This document shows, one piece after another, positions 20,276 through 31,069 of a DNA stretch of 59,177 nt. This DNA comes from Fidelibacterota bacterium. Lineage in GTDB: Bacteria > Fidelibacterota > Marinisomatia > Marinisomatales > JABMOV01. The position numbers were made by a program, and so were the translations under genes. The notes under the pieces are model-generated. The model was not told the origin of the DNA, did no database searches, and saw only the letters and a program-made list of their open reading frames with translations. The DNA is taken from contig JBHHUC010000007.1 in the NCBI GenBank assembly GCA_046861395.1, positions 1 to 59,177 on the forward strand. The letters run 5' to 3'. The first letter of the stretch is position 1; each line of letters starts with the position of its first letter.

Positions 20276-22978
20276 TTGCAGAAATTCAGCATAAGCATAA
20301 TCTTATTGATCGGTATCGGAATGGCCCAGATTACCGTTTCCCCTTCCGCCATTGATACCAGTGTATCACTGGGGCAATCCATCGGTGAAAATATCATTGT
20401 TACCAATAACGGTTCGGCTGCCGTGACCCTAGCCGTCTCCACGACGGATCAGACCGTTCAGCGAAACTTGCCACCCCTGCCGGCCGTCACTTCCGACGCT
20501 TCCCGGCAACTATCCATCGGGGAACCGGATATCACGTATTCCAATGCATTGGGGCAGGAAATCCCCGGGATTCGCTGTGCCACACCCCAGCCCTCCGCTG
20601 CCGACAATGCTCTGGTGGAATATGAAATCGAACGCTGGCTGGAATCCCATGGCTATGACCGGGAACCACGGGATCAGGTGAATATTTTGGTGGCCTTCCA
20701 TGTCATCTACAACAGCAGTGGCACCGGCAATGTCCCCGATGAACAGATTGCCGCCCAGATCCAGGTTTTCAATGATGCCTATAATCCCTACGGCATTCAT
20801 TTTACACTGGACATAATTACTCGGACAGAGAATAATGCCTGGTTTTCCAATATGGATGGCCTGGAGTCGACATATAAAGCCGCCTTGGCTGTCGATCCGG
20901 TCCACTATTTCAATATTTACACCGGGCAACCCAGCGGTGGAATACTTGGTTGGGCCTACCTGCCCAGCTCCTGGCCGGAAAATTCATATATGCATGGCGT
21001 AGTATTACTTTACAACACACTGCCCGGTGGCTCGGGAGCGCCGTATAATCAGGGTGACACTGGGACGCATGAAGCAGGTCATTATCTGGGCTTACGGCAT
21101 ACGTTTTTGAATGGTTGTGCCAATCCCGGTGATTATGTTGATGACACCCCGTTTCAATCCGATGGTAATAACATATTTTCCTGCAATGAATCCCTGGATA
21201 CCTGTCCTCAGGAAGGGCTGGATCCGGTGCATAATTTTATGAATTACACGGACGACGCCTGCATAACGGAATTCACTCCACTGCAAGGGGAACGGATGTG
21301 GGCTCAGATTAATACCTACCGTCCGGGATTATTGGAAAATCCGATTGGCGTGCAATGGGTTACCCTGGCCACGGATACTTTGACCATTCCCGCCATGAGC
21401 GCGGATACGCTTACCCTGACGCTGAACAGTAGTGATTTGATGCCGGGAACATATCTGGCTGACCTGGAACTGACGGATACGTCGGGAGTCATGGCGCCGG
21501 TCATTATTCCCATTACATTTTCGGTATTTTCGGTGCCAACCTATTTCAATGACGATGCCATGGTCGATTTCGGCATCAGTTATACCGGCTATCCGGATTC
21601 CACGCAAATTCATATTCGCAATCTTGGAGCCGGTGAATTGGCCCTCTATGATTTTTCCTATAGTGATACGTTATTTTCTCTGGCCGTTTCGGACACCGTC
21701 GTGATTCCCGGTTACGGTTCGGATTTTATTCAATGTTATTACACTCCGCTAGCACCGGGATTAATCAATGATACCCTCCGTTTTGCGACAAATGATCCTA
21801 ATCAGAGTCTGGTAACCTTACCTGTGAACGGAACCGTTTTATCACCTCCGGTTGTGGATATTCCCGGCGATACGCTGCGGTTTCTTACTGACAATGCTTC
21901 CGGTTTGATCCGGGATATTACGCTGAAGAATACGGGAGCTAGTGACCTGAACTTTACCACCTTTGTGTCGGTGGATGTCTGGAGCTCAAGCATAGTCATT
22001 GACGAAGATTTTTCTGATTGCAGTTTCCCTGTCGGATGGAGCGATATTAGTACATCTTCGCAGGGCTGGCAGGTCGGGGATGATGGTTCCAGTGCTGGGT
22101 TCGCCATTCCAGCCGGGAATGGATGTTATGCCTATTACAATGATGATGCCGCCAATGATAATGGTATGGAAGTGATGCTGGTTTCACCGGATCTGGATTT
22201 TTACGGCGCCTCCAGTATCTTCCTGTTTTTCCGGTCCTATTTTTCCGGTGAGAATAACCAGACAGCTGAAATTCGTATCAGTACTGATGGGGGGTCAACA
22301 TGGGAAACCATCATGGACCTGCAGCCTTTTGGCAACTGGCGAACATCCTTTATCAGTCTGAATGCTTATTCCGGTTTCCACAATGTACGGCTGGCCTTTT
22401 TTACTAGCGACAACGGAGGGCAGGGGTCCGGATTCGCCGTCGATGAAATTCTAGTCAATGGTTCTTTCATGCAAAGCTGGTTGGACGTCACGCCCGGCAC
22501 CGGTACGGTGACGGCCGGTGACAGTGTCACCCTTTCATTGCAGGCCGTCACCGATGGTCTGGAACTGGGAATGTATAATGGTGAACTCATCGTATTGTCC
22601 AACGATCCGGCACATCCGGAAACAGCCATTCCGGTCACATTGGACATTACCGTCCTGGGCACGGACAAAACGGAAGGCATCCCGCAACAATTTACCGTCA
22701 GTGAAAACTATCCCAACCCCTTCAACCCCCAGACCAGAGTGGATTATCAACTGCCACAGGCAGGACATGTTCATATACAGGTATACACCATTACCGGGCA
22801 AACGGTTTTGTCGGAAAAAATTAACGATCTGGGGCCGGGAAATTACTCCTGGACATGGAACGGCCGAACCAACGGTAACCATTATGCTGGAACCGGCATG
22901 TACTTCCTCCGTATGTCTTTTGAAAATACGTCGGGTTTTCAGGGCACCTTTACCCGGAAAATGATCCTGTTAAAGTAG
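20276..22978 (+). CDS. M43 (pappalysin/ulilysin-like) zinc metalloprotease with Ig/MAM-like domains and a T9SS/FlgD-type CTD
   Basis: HEAGHYLGLRH, D.V.DTP, NFMNYTDD Met-turn. C-terminal NYPNPFNP...KMILLK. Confidence 0.92.
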   Translation: MQKFSISIILLIGIGMAQITVSPSAIDTSVSLGQSIGENIIVTNNGSAAVTLAVSTTDQTVQRNLPPLPAVTSDASRQLSIGEPDITYSNALGQEIPGIRCATPQPSAADNALVEYEIERWLESHGYDREPRDQVNILVAFHVIYNSSGTGNVPDEQIAAQIQVFNDAYNPYGIHFTLDIITRTENNAWFSNMDGLESTYKAALAVDPVHYFNIYTGQPSGGILGWAYLPSSWPENSYMHGVVLLYNTLPGGSGAPYNQGDTGTHEAGHYLGLRHTFLNGCANPGDYVDDTPFQSDGNNIFSCNESLDTCPQEGLDPVHNFMNYTDDACITEFTPLQGERMWAQINTYRPGLLENPIGVQWVTLATDTLTIPAMSADTLTLTLNSSDLMPGTYLADLELTDTSGVMAPVIIPITFSVFSVPTYFNDDAMVDFGISYTGYPDSTQIHIRNLGAGELALYDFSYSDTLFSLAVSDTVVIPGYGSDFIQCYYTPLAPGLINDTLRFATNDPNQSLVTLPVNGTVLSPPVVDIPGDTLRFLTDNASGLIRDITLKNTGASDLNFTTFVSVDVWSSSIVIDEDFSDCSFPVGWSDISTSSQGWQVGDDGSSAGFAIPAGNGCYAYYNDDAANDNGMEVMLVSPDLDFYGASSIFLFFRSYFSGENNQTAEIRISTDGGSTWETIMDLQPFGNWRTSFISLNAYSGFHNVRLAFFTSDNGGQGSGFAVDEILVNGSFMQSWLDVTPGTGTVTAGDSVTLSLQAVTDGLELGMYNGELIVLSNDPAHPETAIPVTLDITVLGTDKTEGIPQQFTVSENYPNPFNPQTRVDYQLPQAGHVHIQVYTITGQTVLSEKINDLGPGNYSWTWNGRTNGNHYAGTGMYFLRMSFENTSGFQGTFTRKMILLK

Positions 22979-23093
22979 TCCATTACCATTGGTTTCCTGA
23001 TAGGATACAAGACGATCGGGGTGAATAAAATTCTTGTCTCACGTCAGGAAATCAGTTATGTTTCCCGGATTTTTTCACGATAAACGCAAGGAT

Positions 23094-23714
23094 ATGCACA
23101 ATATTATTATAGCCACTCATAACCCGGACAAAGCCCGAGAGTTACAATCATTGCTACCAGATGACAACATCCAGGTACAGACCCTGGCAGATTATCCTGC
23201 CATCGGCGATATTCCCGAAACGGGCACAACCCTGTTGGAAAACAGTCTGTTGAAAGCCCGGACAGTACATCAAATGACCGGGGTGCCGGCCATAGCGGAT
23301 GATACCGGATTGGAAGTCGATATCTTGGACGGAGCTCCAGGTATTTATGCCGCTCGCTACGCCGGAAAACAGGCCACATATCGGGACAATGTTGAAAAAT
23401 TATTGCATGAACTGCGTCATAGCAAGGAATCGGAACGAACGGCCCGGTTCCGAACGATTATGTCTTTTGTGGATGATGATCATGAAATCTGGGCCGAAGG
23501 CATTGTGGAAGGAATGATCATGCCGGAACCCCGGGGGAAAAGCGGCTTTGGTTATGATCCCGTATTTCTAGTTCCTGATCTGGGACAGACATTTGCCGAA
23601 ATGCCGGCCAAAGTAAAACATGGTATCAGTCATCGCGGGAAGGCCATGAAAGCATTACTGGCCAAGATAAAACCTTTATTCAATCGTAAAACGAAGGAGT
23701 CTCCTATAGAGTAA
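23094..23714 (+). CDS. rdgB: RdgB/HAM1 non-canonical purine NTP pyrophosphatase
   Basis: ATHNPDK, E.G.T..EN...KA, ADDTGL, GFGYDPVF, ISHRGKA. Confidence 0.96.
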   Translation: MHNIIIATHNPDKARELQSLLPDDNIQVQTLADYPAIGDIPETGTTLLENSLLKARTVHQMTGVPAIADDTGLEVDILDGAPGIYAARYAGKQATYRDNVEKLLHELRHSKESERTARFRTIMSFVDDDHEIWAEGIVEGMIMPEPRGKSGFGYDPVFLVPDLGQTFAEMPAKVKHGISHRGKAMKALLAKIKPLFNRKTKESPIE

Positions 23715-23823
23715 ACGCTATTAATTATAAGTACGTGGTAAACCGATCCACACACAGCATCAAATTAATAACATAAACCGTGATTCCCGGACATCCGGGG
23801 GGCCGGCTACGTGTGTCCTTTTT

Positions 23824-26800
23824 ATGCTGATCCTGACATCCCTAATGTTGGGTCAGAGACCGGGAGAGACACCGGATAATTTTTTACGTTTTCCTTTAAC
23901 CAATCCATATGTCCTGTCTGGATTTTCTTCCCGGCCGCTTTCCATGGGACTATTACCTGACACTCTTATGACACCCCGGGGATGGTATTCGGCATCATAC
24001 GGAACACGGGAGATTGAAATATTCATTGACCGTGACTGGCAGTCCATTGTTTTAACCGAATATATCAACGGACAGGTTGTAAAAATGCCTTTTGTCGCAC
24101 CACTGGAATGGTACGTTTCTACCATGTTAGACGTTCAACAGAAACTGGCATTTTTCAAACATATCAACAAAGCGCATAGTCGCGAGAAAAAAGAAACGGG
24201 AAAAAGCCGCAGTAAAGCCATTGAAGTTGTCGGTGTCAATCTGGGCGGTCTGGGACGGGCATCGCTGCGAGTCCGAGGAAATGTGAATATTTCGGGCAAG
24301 ATGGTATTCCAGGATCAGGAATTGGTGGCATCCAGTATCAAGGACACGAAAAATACCCACCTGGAATTTGACCAGAAACAGAATTTGAATATAGAAGGAA
24401 AAATCGGCGATCGTATTACGGTCAAGATGGATCAGGATTCGGAACGGGATTTTGACTGGGAAAACAATATTCGCATTACCTATGATGGCAAGGAAGATGA
24501 TATTGTTCAGAAAATCGAAGCGGGGAATATATCCCTGTCCTTGCCGGCCACACAGTATGTGACTTTTTCCGGATCGAACAAAGGATTGTTCGGCCTGAAG
24601 GCAATTGCCAAGCTGGGTCCCATTGACATAACGACCATTGCATCGATTGAGCAGACCAAGAAAGAACGTCAGGAATACAAAGGTGGCAACGAAGAGAAAA
24701 CAACGACCATTAATGATTATGATTATATCAAGAATCAGCATTTCATGATCCATGAATGGTTCCGGGACGGAGTCGTTTCAACGGAAATCCCCGGGTATCA
24801 TGGTAAGGCGTTCCAGATTCATCCCTTTTTTCCCCTCCATGAAAGTGGTCTTCATCTGACCAATGATGTAAAAATTGTGGACTTTGAATTGTATCAGATG
24901 GATAATACGAATGATCCTGCCGCCGTTATCGGGACCGCTTACATTGATGATATTATCACTGATTCCTCTTCCACCCAGGACAGCGAAACGGGAACATTCG
25001 TTCGTCTGGAACGCAACACCGATTATTTCATATCGGAGGATTTCGGTTATCTGCGTCTGCGGAGCAGAAACCAGGATGGCGTCGTCCTGGGCTGCACCTT
25101 TTCGTTGGTCTATCGCGATTCCGTCAACGGTGAACGGCTCGTGACGATCGGCCATGGCATTACCGAAACGGATTCAACCCTGGCCCTTAAAATGATCAAA
25201 CCCAAGGCTTCCACACCAACCCATCCCACCTGGCCCTTGATGCTGAAAAATGTATATTATCTGGGGGCGTCGAATATCAACAAGGAAGGGTTTGCCGTAC
25301 GGATTATCAATACCCAGTCAGGTCAGCAGTCGGACCGGGCCGCCAGCGGGAAACCGTATATCTCACTGTTTGATCTGGATATTGTGGATAAACAGAATAA
25401 TCCCGGATCCGATGAAATCATCGATATGGATAATGCCAATATCGTGAGTCTGTCCAATGGTGAATTATTTTTCCCCTATTATCATCCCTTTGCCAACAGT
25501 GATTCGCTGGAAGGCGGGCACCCGGAACAGGAACTGAACCAATGGCTGGGCAGCGGAGACATGTACCAGAAATCAGACCGGAATTCCATCATCAGCGACC
25601 ATCGTTTCAATATTGAAGTGGATTATACCAACCCCAGTTCCACCATCAGTCTGGGGTTCATGCTGGTGGAAGGCAGTGAAGAAATCACCATAAACGGTAT
25701 CAAGCAGCAGCGGGGCATTGATTATCAGATCGATTATTTCACGGGAACGATTATTATGCAATCGGAAGCGGCTAAAGATCCCAATGCCAAGATCAATATT
25801 CTCTATGATAAGTATGAAATTGTATCCTTCGACAAGAAGGTCATTATTGGAACCCGCGCCCAGATGGACATCAACAACCGGTCTTTCCTGGGAGCCACGG
25901 CCCTGTATTTCAATCAATCCGTCATTGATCGCAAGGTGGAAGTGGGGTACGAACCAACCCGCAACTTCATCTGGGATGTGAACGGACGATATGAACTGGA
26001 CATGGACCGTCTGTCCCGCTGGATCGATCGTTTACCTCTGTTAGAAGCAGATCAGACCAGTCGTTTTTCCATTGAAGGAGAATATGCCCAGGTGATGCCG
26101 AACCCGAATCCGATTAACAATATCAGTACGGGAGATCCAAACGGTGTCGCCTTCGTTGATGATTTTGAAGGAGCCAAACGCACGACAAACCCCTCCATAT
26201 TGCGGCGCTACTGGAAGGAGTCGTCTGCTCCCATTGAAGTGTCGTCAGGTCGGTCGTATAACCAGCTGTTCCGGGGAAATATGTGGTGGTATAATCCGTA
26301 CAGTCAGGTGTTGACCAATGATATCTGGCCGAACCAGTCCACCTCCATCCAGGCCGGGAATGAAACCACCGATATTCTTTCGCTGCGGATGAAACTCCAT
26401 CCCTATCAGGTCGGGACTCCCCCCGATTCTCTCTGGGCTGGGATTACTACTCCGTTTTATTCTGGGGACTATGACCAGACAAAGAGTAAATTTTTTGAAA
26501 TCTGGTTAAAGGGAACGGATGGTAAACTGACCGTTGATCTGGGGAAAATCAGTGAAGATATCGATGGAAATGGACGGCTTAACACCGAGGACAGAGCCGA
26601 AAGCCTACCGGTAGGTAACGGATTGCTTGATCCCGGTGAAGATACGGGTCTGGACGGATGTTTCGATGAGTATGAAGACGGCTGGGGTGGTTGTTTGTCC
26701 GATGAGACCTATGTGCATTTCTATAATATTTTTCTCCAAACCGGCGATCCCGGTCCCATCAATACGGATGTGGCGGATACTACCGACCCCAACGGAGATA

Positions 26801-29800
26801 ACTGGTACTATCAATCAGGAAGTACGGATTATACCCATATCAACGGTACCGAAGGTAACGGTTCCGGAAATCAGATTCAGGAAGGCGGACTGTATCCCGA
26901 TACGGAAGACCTTGATCGCTCCGGATTCCTGGACAAAATCAATGACTATTTTTCCGTCACTTTTGATTTAAACGACACGACTTACCTGGCTGGCTCAACA
27001 GTGAAAGATGGTAATCCCACTGGCTGGCGTTTATTCCGTATTCCTCTTAGTCACTTCAACGCACTCAACAATGTGACTTGGAGCGACATCAGAAACCTGC
27101 GTCTGTTCTGGTCCGGGGTGAACCTGGAAGACCTGGAAGATGTTGCGGTACTGCGGATTGCCAAAATCGAACTGGTGGGAAATGAATGGGAGGAGTTGGG
27201 CATCGCCGCCAATGATGGAACGAAATACACGGGAGCCTATTCCTATGAAACGGTGATCTTCAATGGTGAAACGGGATATGATACCATTACCGTGTCTACC
27301 AGTTCCGATAGCATCTTTGCCATCACCGTCATTAATAATGAAGATAATGCCAATTATATTCCGCCTAAAGGGGTCAAGGGGGAATATGACCCCATCAACG
27401 ATCTGGAATCGAAAGAACAATCCCTTGTCCTTCAGTTTACTGATTTACCCGGCCGGCATAAAGGGGCGGCGAAGAAAACATTATTGGCTCTGGCTGGTGA
27501 TCGGGCCAAAAGTTATCTGACGTATGATAAATTAAAGATGTATGTCTATGGGCATAGTCCCTGGATTGAAACCGACCGCACTAGCGTGGAAATGTTCATT
27601 CAATTCGGTTTCGGGAATCATTATTATGAATTAAAACAGCCGGTTTATGACGGTTGGGACGAAGAGTTGGGACGCAATTCAGTGGAATTGGATTTAAACT
27701 GGTTGACGGCTTTGAAAGTTCAGGATTCCACCACTGTGAAGAAATTCCGGTCCACGGATATCTTTCTCGATTCTGCCAATGTTATTAAATACATTTTCAC
27801 GGATGAGTCCGGTCTTCGTACCGGAAAGCAGGTGACGATTGTAGGTTCACCGGCCCTGCAACGCAGTCAATTTTTCATTGTCGGCGTTCGCAATGTTTCC
27901 GACGAACCCATTACGGGAGAAATCTGGCTGGATGAATTGCGGCTGAGCGGTGTGAAAAAAGACCGTGGTACTGCCATGCGTCTGCAATCCAAGCTTAATC
28001 TGGCTGACATTGCCAGCACGACAATTTTGTACAGCAAAAAGGACGCCGATTTTCATGTTCTGCAGGAACGTTTGGGGAGTAACAACACCAAACATGATAT
28101 TCGTGTTAATACGAATTTGAAACTCCATAAATTTCTTCCCAAATCATGGGGTATGTCGATTCCAGTGAATATGTCATATTCTCAATCTGAAAGTCGTCCT
28201 AAATACCTTCCTTACAGTGATGTCCTGGTGGATCCGTCCCAGGTGCCCGATTCCATCAAGGTATTGTCACAATCCGTTTCACTGAATACCAATATCGCCA
28301 AATCCAGCAAGTCTGATAATCGGTTGATCAAATACACCTTGGATAATCTGAACGGCGGGTTCAGCGCGTCCTATACGGAATCTTCCAATGATATCATGGA
28401 AGAAGTTATCAACCAGAAATATACCTGGAATGCGAAATACCGTCTGAAATTCGGACGGGATAATTATATCAGCCCATTCCGGTGGCTGAAAAATGTTCCT
28501 CTGCTGGGTAAGAAGTTCGAAGAGTTCCATATTTATTATACACCGCAGTCCGTGAACACCGCGGCGAATCTGAATGAAAAACTGGTGGCGAAAAAAGCTC
28601 GTAATGCACCACCCAGTCCGGCTGATTATAATCTCGGTTTGAATCGTTCTTTTGACCTGGACTATAAATTACTGGAATCTTTGTCCCTGCAGTATAAAAA
28701 GGCCATGACCAGTGATTTGCGGAATATCTGGGGTTTTCAGGGCTATGACTGGACGCTCAAGGACTTGGATCCGGGTATATTGACCAACACAACCGAAAAT
28801 CTGAATACAAAATTCAATCCTGTTATTTTCCCCTGGCTGAAACCGAATTTCTCTTATTCTGCCGGCTATCGTTGGAGTTATCCCCTGGGAAATACCATCA
28901 AAGGGGCCAATATCGGCACGCAATTGCGTTTTTCCTCCAACATCAGCCTGAGCGTGGTACAAATCATTGAGACATTCTATAAACCGAAGGTACAAACCAA
29001 CCCGGGAGCGGGCCGCCGTCGACGGGGTACCAGTCGGTTACCGACTCCGCCTCCGGCTACGGAGAAAAAACAGGAAAAAGATCATAAGGTGCTGGAAAAA
29101 TTCCACGGTTGGGCCAAAAAAATTGATCCGGTTAGTTTGTCCTATACAGAATCATTGTCCCGTACCGGATTGGGTGTGAACGGAACCGTACCGGCCGGCT
29201 ATAAATTCGGTTGGTTACCTGATCATGGCTTGCCGTATTCGGAAGATGTGGGGACCAATACTGGGAATTGGGACCATAAACAGGATTTTTCCGTGCGGTC
29301 GGGACTGAAACCGGTGCGGAATGTCAGCCTGACGTTCTCCTACGCCCAGACGATTTCCAATACCATCAGTGGTGCCGGTGTGGAGCAGTGGACCATTACC
29401 CGGGATTATCTGGGCTATGGCAAGACCCTGGAAAATGGTTTGCCTTTTTCCAGCTGGTCTCTGCGTCTCAGCGGTCTGGAAAAATTACCCTTCCTGAAGA
29501 AATATATTCGAACAGCCAGCTTGGATCATAACTTTAGCGGAAAGGAATCCCGTGCATGGCAGTTTGAAAATGCATCCGTGAGTAAACCAGATTTCTGGAA
29601 TTTGAATTCCTTCATCGATGCCTATCCCGATGAATTGCGGTCATTCCGACTTAATACTAGCTTTTCCCCCCTGGCTGGTCTGACGGTATCTTTCAAAAAA
29701 GGGATATCATTCAATGCCCGGTATAACTGGTCCCGTTCCCTGGAAGAAAGCAACGGGGGACAAACTTTACGGGATGAATCTTCCTTTAATGCTGGCGCGA

Positions 29801-30114
29801 ATTATTCCCACCGCGGTGGTTTGACCATCCCCCTGCCCATGATGGATGATTTTCATATCGAAAATACAATGAATTTCACCTTTAACTTTGATAGCAATTC
29901 CAGCCGCACGGAGGGCCGGGGTCGGGGTGCTGAGAAATTTGAAGTGAAAAGTGAAAATAAAGGATGGAAGGCAGGGTTACGTATTTCCTATTCGTTTACC
30001 AGTCGGGTGAGCGGTGGAATCCTTTATGAATACCGAGAAAATAAAACCAAGAGTTCCGGGAGGAAAATTGATCGTGACTTTGGTTTCGATGTTAATATTG
30101 CCATTACGGGTTAG
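23824..30114 (+). CDS. sprA: T9SS outer-membrane translocon SprA/Sov homologue
   Basis: 2096 aa. FDQ...NI.GKIGD, Y.G.EDDI...IEAGN.SL.LP...GLFG, DDFEG, DLG.ISED, DTEDL, W.DELRL, and a long C-terminal barrel. Confidence 0.92.
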   Translation: MLILTSLMLGQRPGETPDNFLRFPLTNPYVLSGFSSRPLSMGLLPDTLMTPRGWYSASYGTREIEIFIDRDWQSIVLTEYINGQVVKMPFVAPLEWYVSTMLDVQQKLAFFKHINKAHSREKKETGKSRSKAIEVVGVNLGGLGRASLRVRGNVNISGKMVFQDQELVASSIKDTKNTHLEFDQKQNLNIEGKIGDRITVKMDQDSERDFDWENNIRITYDGKEDDIVQKIEAGNISLSLPATQYVTFSGSNKGLFGLKAIAKLGPIDITTIASIEQTKKERQEYKGGNEEKTTTINDYDYIKNQHFMIHEWFRDGVVSTEIPGYHGKAFQIHPFFPLHESGLHLTNDVKIVDFELYQMDNTNDPAAVIGTAYIDDIITDSSSTQDSETGTFVRLERNTDYFISEDFGYLRLRSRNQDGVVLGCTFSLVYRDSVNGERLVTIGHGITETDSTLALKMIKPKASTPTHPTWPLMLKNVYYLGASNINKEGFAVRIINTQSGQQSDRAASGKPYISLFDLDIVDKQNNPGSDEIIDMDNANIVSLSNGELFFPYYHPFANSDSLEGGHPEQELNQWLGSGDMYQKSDRNSIISDHRFNIEVDYTNPSSTISLGFMLVEGSEEITINGIKQQRGIDYQIDYFTGTIIMQSEAAKDPNAKINILYDKYEIVSFDKKVIIGTRAQMDINNRSFLGATALYFNQSVIDRKVEVGYEPTRNFIWDVNGRYELDMDRLSRWIDRLPLLEADQTSRFSIEGEYAQVMPNPNPINNISTGDPNGVAFVDDFEGAKRTTNPSILRRYWKESSAPIEVSSGRSYNQLFRGNMWWYNPYSQVLTNDIWPNQSTSIQAGNETTDILSLRMKLHPYQVGTPPDSLWAGITTPFYSGDYDQTKSKFFEIWLKGTDGKLTVDLGKISEDIDGNGRLNTEDRAESLPVGNGLLDPGEDTGLDGCFDEYEDGWGGCLSDETYVHFYNIFLQTGDPGPINTDVADTTDPNGDNWYYQSGSTDYTHINGTEGNGSGNQIQEGGLYPDTEDLDRSGFLDKINDYFSVTFDLNDTTYLAGSTVKDGNPTGWRLFRIPLSHFNALNNVTWSDIRNLRLFWSGVNLEDLEDVAVLRIAKIELVGNEWEELGIAANDGTKYTGAYSYETVIFNGETGYDTITVSTSSDSIFAITVINNEDNANYIPPKGVKGEYDPINDLESKEQSLVLQFTDLPGRHKGAAKKTLLALAGDRAKSYLTYDKLKMYVYGHSPWIETDRTSVEMFIQFGFGNHYYELKQPVYDGWDEELGRNSVELDLNWLTALKVQDSTTVKKFRSTDIFLDSANVIKYIFTDESGLRTGKQVTIVGSPALQRSQFFIVGVRNVSDEPITGEIWLDELRLSGVKKDRGTAMRLQSKLNLADIASTTILYSKKDADFHVLQERLGSNNTKHDIRVNTNLKLHKFLPKSWGMSIPVNMSYSQSESRPKYLPYSDVLVDPSQVPDSIKVLSQSVSLNTNIAKSSKSDNRLIKYTLDNLNGGFSASYTESSNDIMEEVINQKYTWNAKYRLKFGRDNYISPFRWLKNVPLLGKKFEEFHIYYTPQSVNTAANLNEKLVAKKARNAPPSPADYNLGLNRSFDLDYKLLESLSLQYKKAMTSDLRNIWGFQGYDWTLKDLDPGILTNTTENLNTKFNPVIFPWLKPNFSYSAGYRWSYPLGNTIKGANIGTQLRFSSNISLSVVQIIETFYKPKVQTNPGAGRRRRGTSRLPTPPPATEKKQEKDHKVLEKFHGWAKKIDPVSLSYTESLSRTGLGVNGTVPAGYKFGWLPDHGLPYSEDVGTNTGNWDHKQDFSVRSGLKPVRNVSLTFSYAQTISNTISGAGVEQWTITRDYLGYGKTLENGLPFSSWSLRLSGLEKLPFLKKYIRTASLDHNFSGKESRAWQFENASVSKPDFWNLNSFIDAYPDELRSFRLNTSFSPLAGLTVSFKKGISFNARYNWSRSLEESNGGQTLRDESSFNAGANYSHRGGLTIPLPMMDDFHIENTMNFTFNFDSNSSRTEGRGRGAEKFEVKSENKGWKAGLRISYSFTSRVSGGILYEYRENKTKSSGRKIDRDFGFDVNIAITG

Positions 30115-30120
30115 ACGATC

Positions 30121-31038
30121 ATGAGGCGTCTGATCATTCTGCCAATTATGCTGTGGTCCCTGGTCAGTTGTCAATCATCCGTCCCGAAATTTGACGAAAA
30201 CGCGGCCTTTGATAATCTCTTGAAACAATGCGAATTCGGTCCCCGGAATCCAGGTTCCGAAGGTCATTCCCGATGTAAGTCCTGGCTGATCGACCAACTG
30301 CAAGTTTTTGCCGACACAGTATTTACCCAACCCTTTACTTATCGTGATCTGAAAGAAGGACGGGAGCATCGATTGACAAATATCATTGCCCGGTTTAATC
30401 CTGACAACCAGACCCATTTGCTTCTGGGGGCACACTGGGACACTCGTCCCTGGGCCGATTGGGATCCGTACCCGGAAAGGCGTAATGAAGCGATAATAGG
30501 GGCCAATGATGGTGCCAGCGGAGTGGCGGTTTTACTGGAAATTGCCCGAATCCTCCATGAACATCCTCGAAAGGCAGGTATTACGATTGTGCTTTTCGAT
30601 GGCGAAGATCTTGGTGTTTCCGGCGTCAATGAAAGTTATGCCAACGGCGCCCAGTATTTTGCCCGCAATTTGCCCATACCCGTACCCCGGTCTGCGATCG
30701 TTCTCGATATGATCGGTGATACGGAACTCACCATACCCATTGAACGAAATTCCTACCGGTTTGCCCCCGGCCTGGTGAAGACGCTGTGGCAATTGGCGGA
30801 TAAACTGAATCTGCCCGCATTTGAGTCTCGTCTGGGCGACACGATCTATGATGACCATGTCCCATTATGGGAATATGCCGGCATTCCGGCCGTTGATCTG
30901 ATCGATTTCCATTATCCTACCCCCGGAGAGAATTTTTGGCATACCCACGATGACGTTCCCGAGAATTGTTCTCCAGCCAGTCTAGGACAGGTGGGAACTT
31001 TATTGGTGGAATATATTTGGATAAAAACGAATGATTGA
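30121..31038 (+). CDS. M28-family lipoprotein, glutaminyl-cyclase-like
   Basis: Lipobox LVSC. FGPR.PGS..H, AHWDTRP.AD, GANDGASGV, FDGED, LDMIG, DDH.P, WHT. Confidence 0.85.
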   Translation: MRRLIILPIMLWSLVSCQSSVPKFDENAAFDNLLKQCEFGPRNPGSEGHSRCKSWLIDQLQVFADTVFTQPFTYRDLKEGREHRLTNIIARFNPDNQTHLLLGAHWDTRPWADWDPYPERRNEAIIGANDGASGVAVLLEIARILHEHPRKAGITIVLFDGEDLGVSGVNESYANGAQYFARNLPIPVPRSAIVLDMIGDTELTIPIERNSYRFAPGLVKTLWQLADKLNLPAFESRLGDTIYDDHVPLWEYAGIPAVDLIDFHYPTPGENFWHTHDDVPENCSPASLGQVGTLLVEYIWIKTND

Positions 31039-31069
31039 TTGGCCGCCATCACCTTCCTATTTTCCCGCC

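Noticed and set aside
24127..24753. 208-aa antisense ORF in sprA (and similar ones at 40578-41246, 42384-42929, 54068-54610)
   Set aside because: Opposite-strand ORFs expected from codon bias in long genes, with no RBS or domain evidence.
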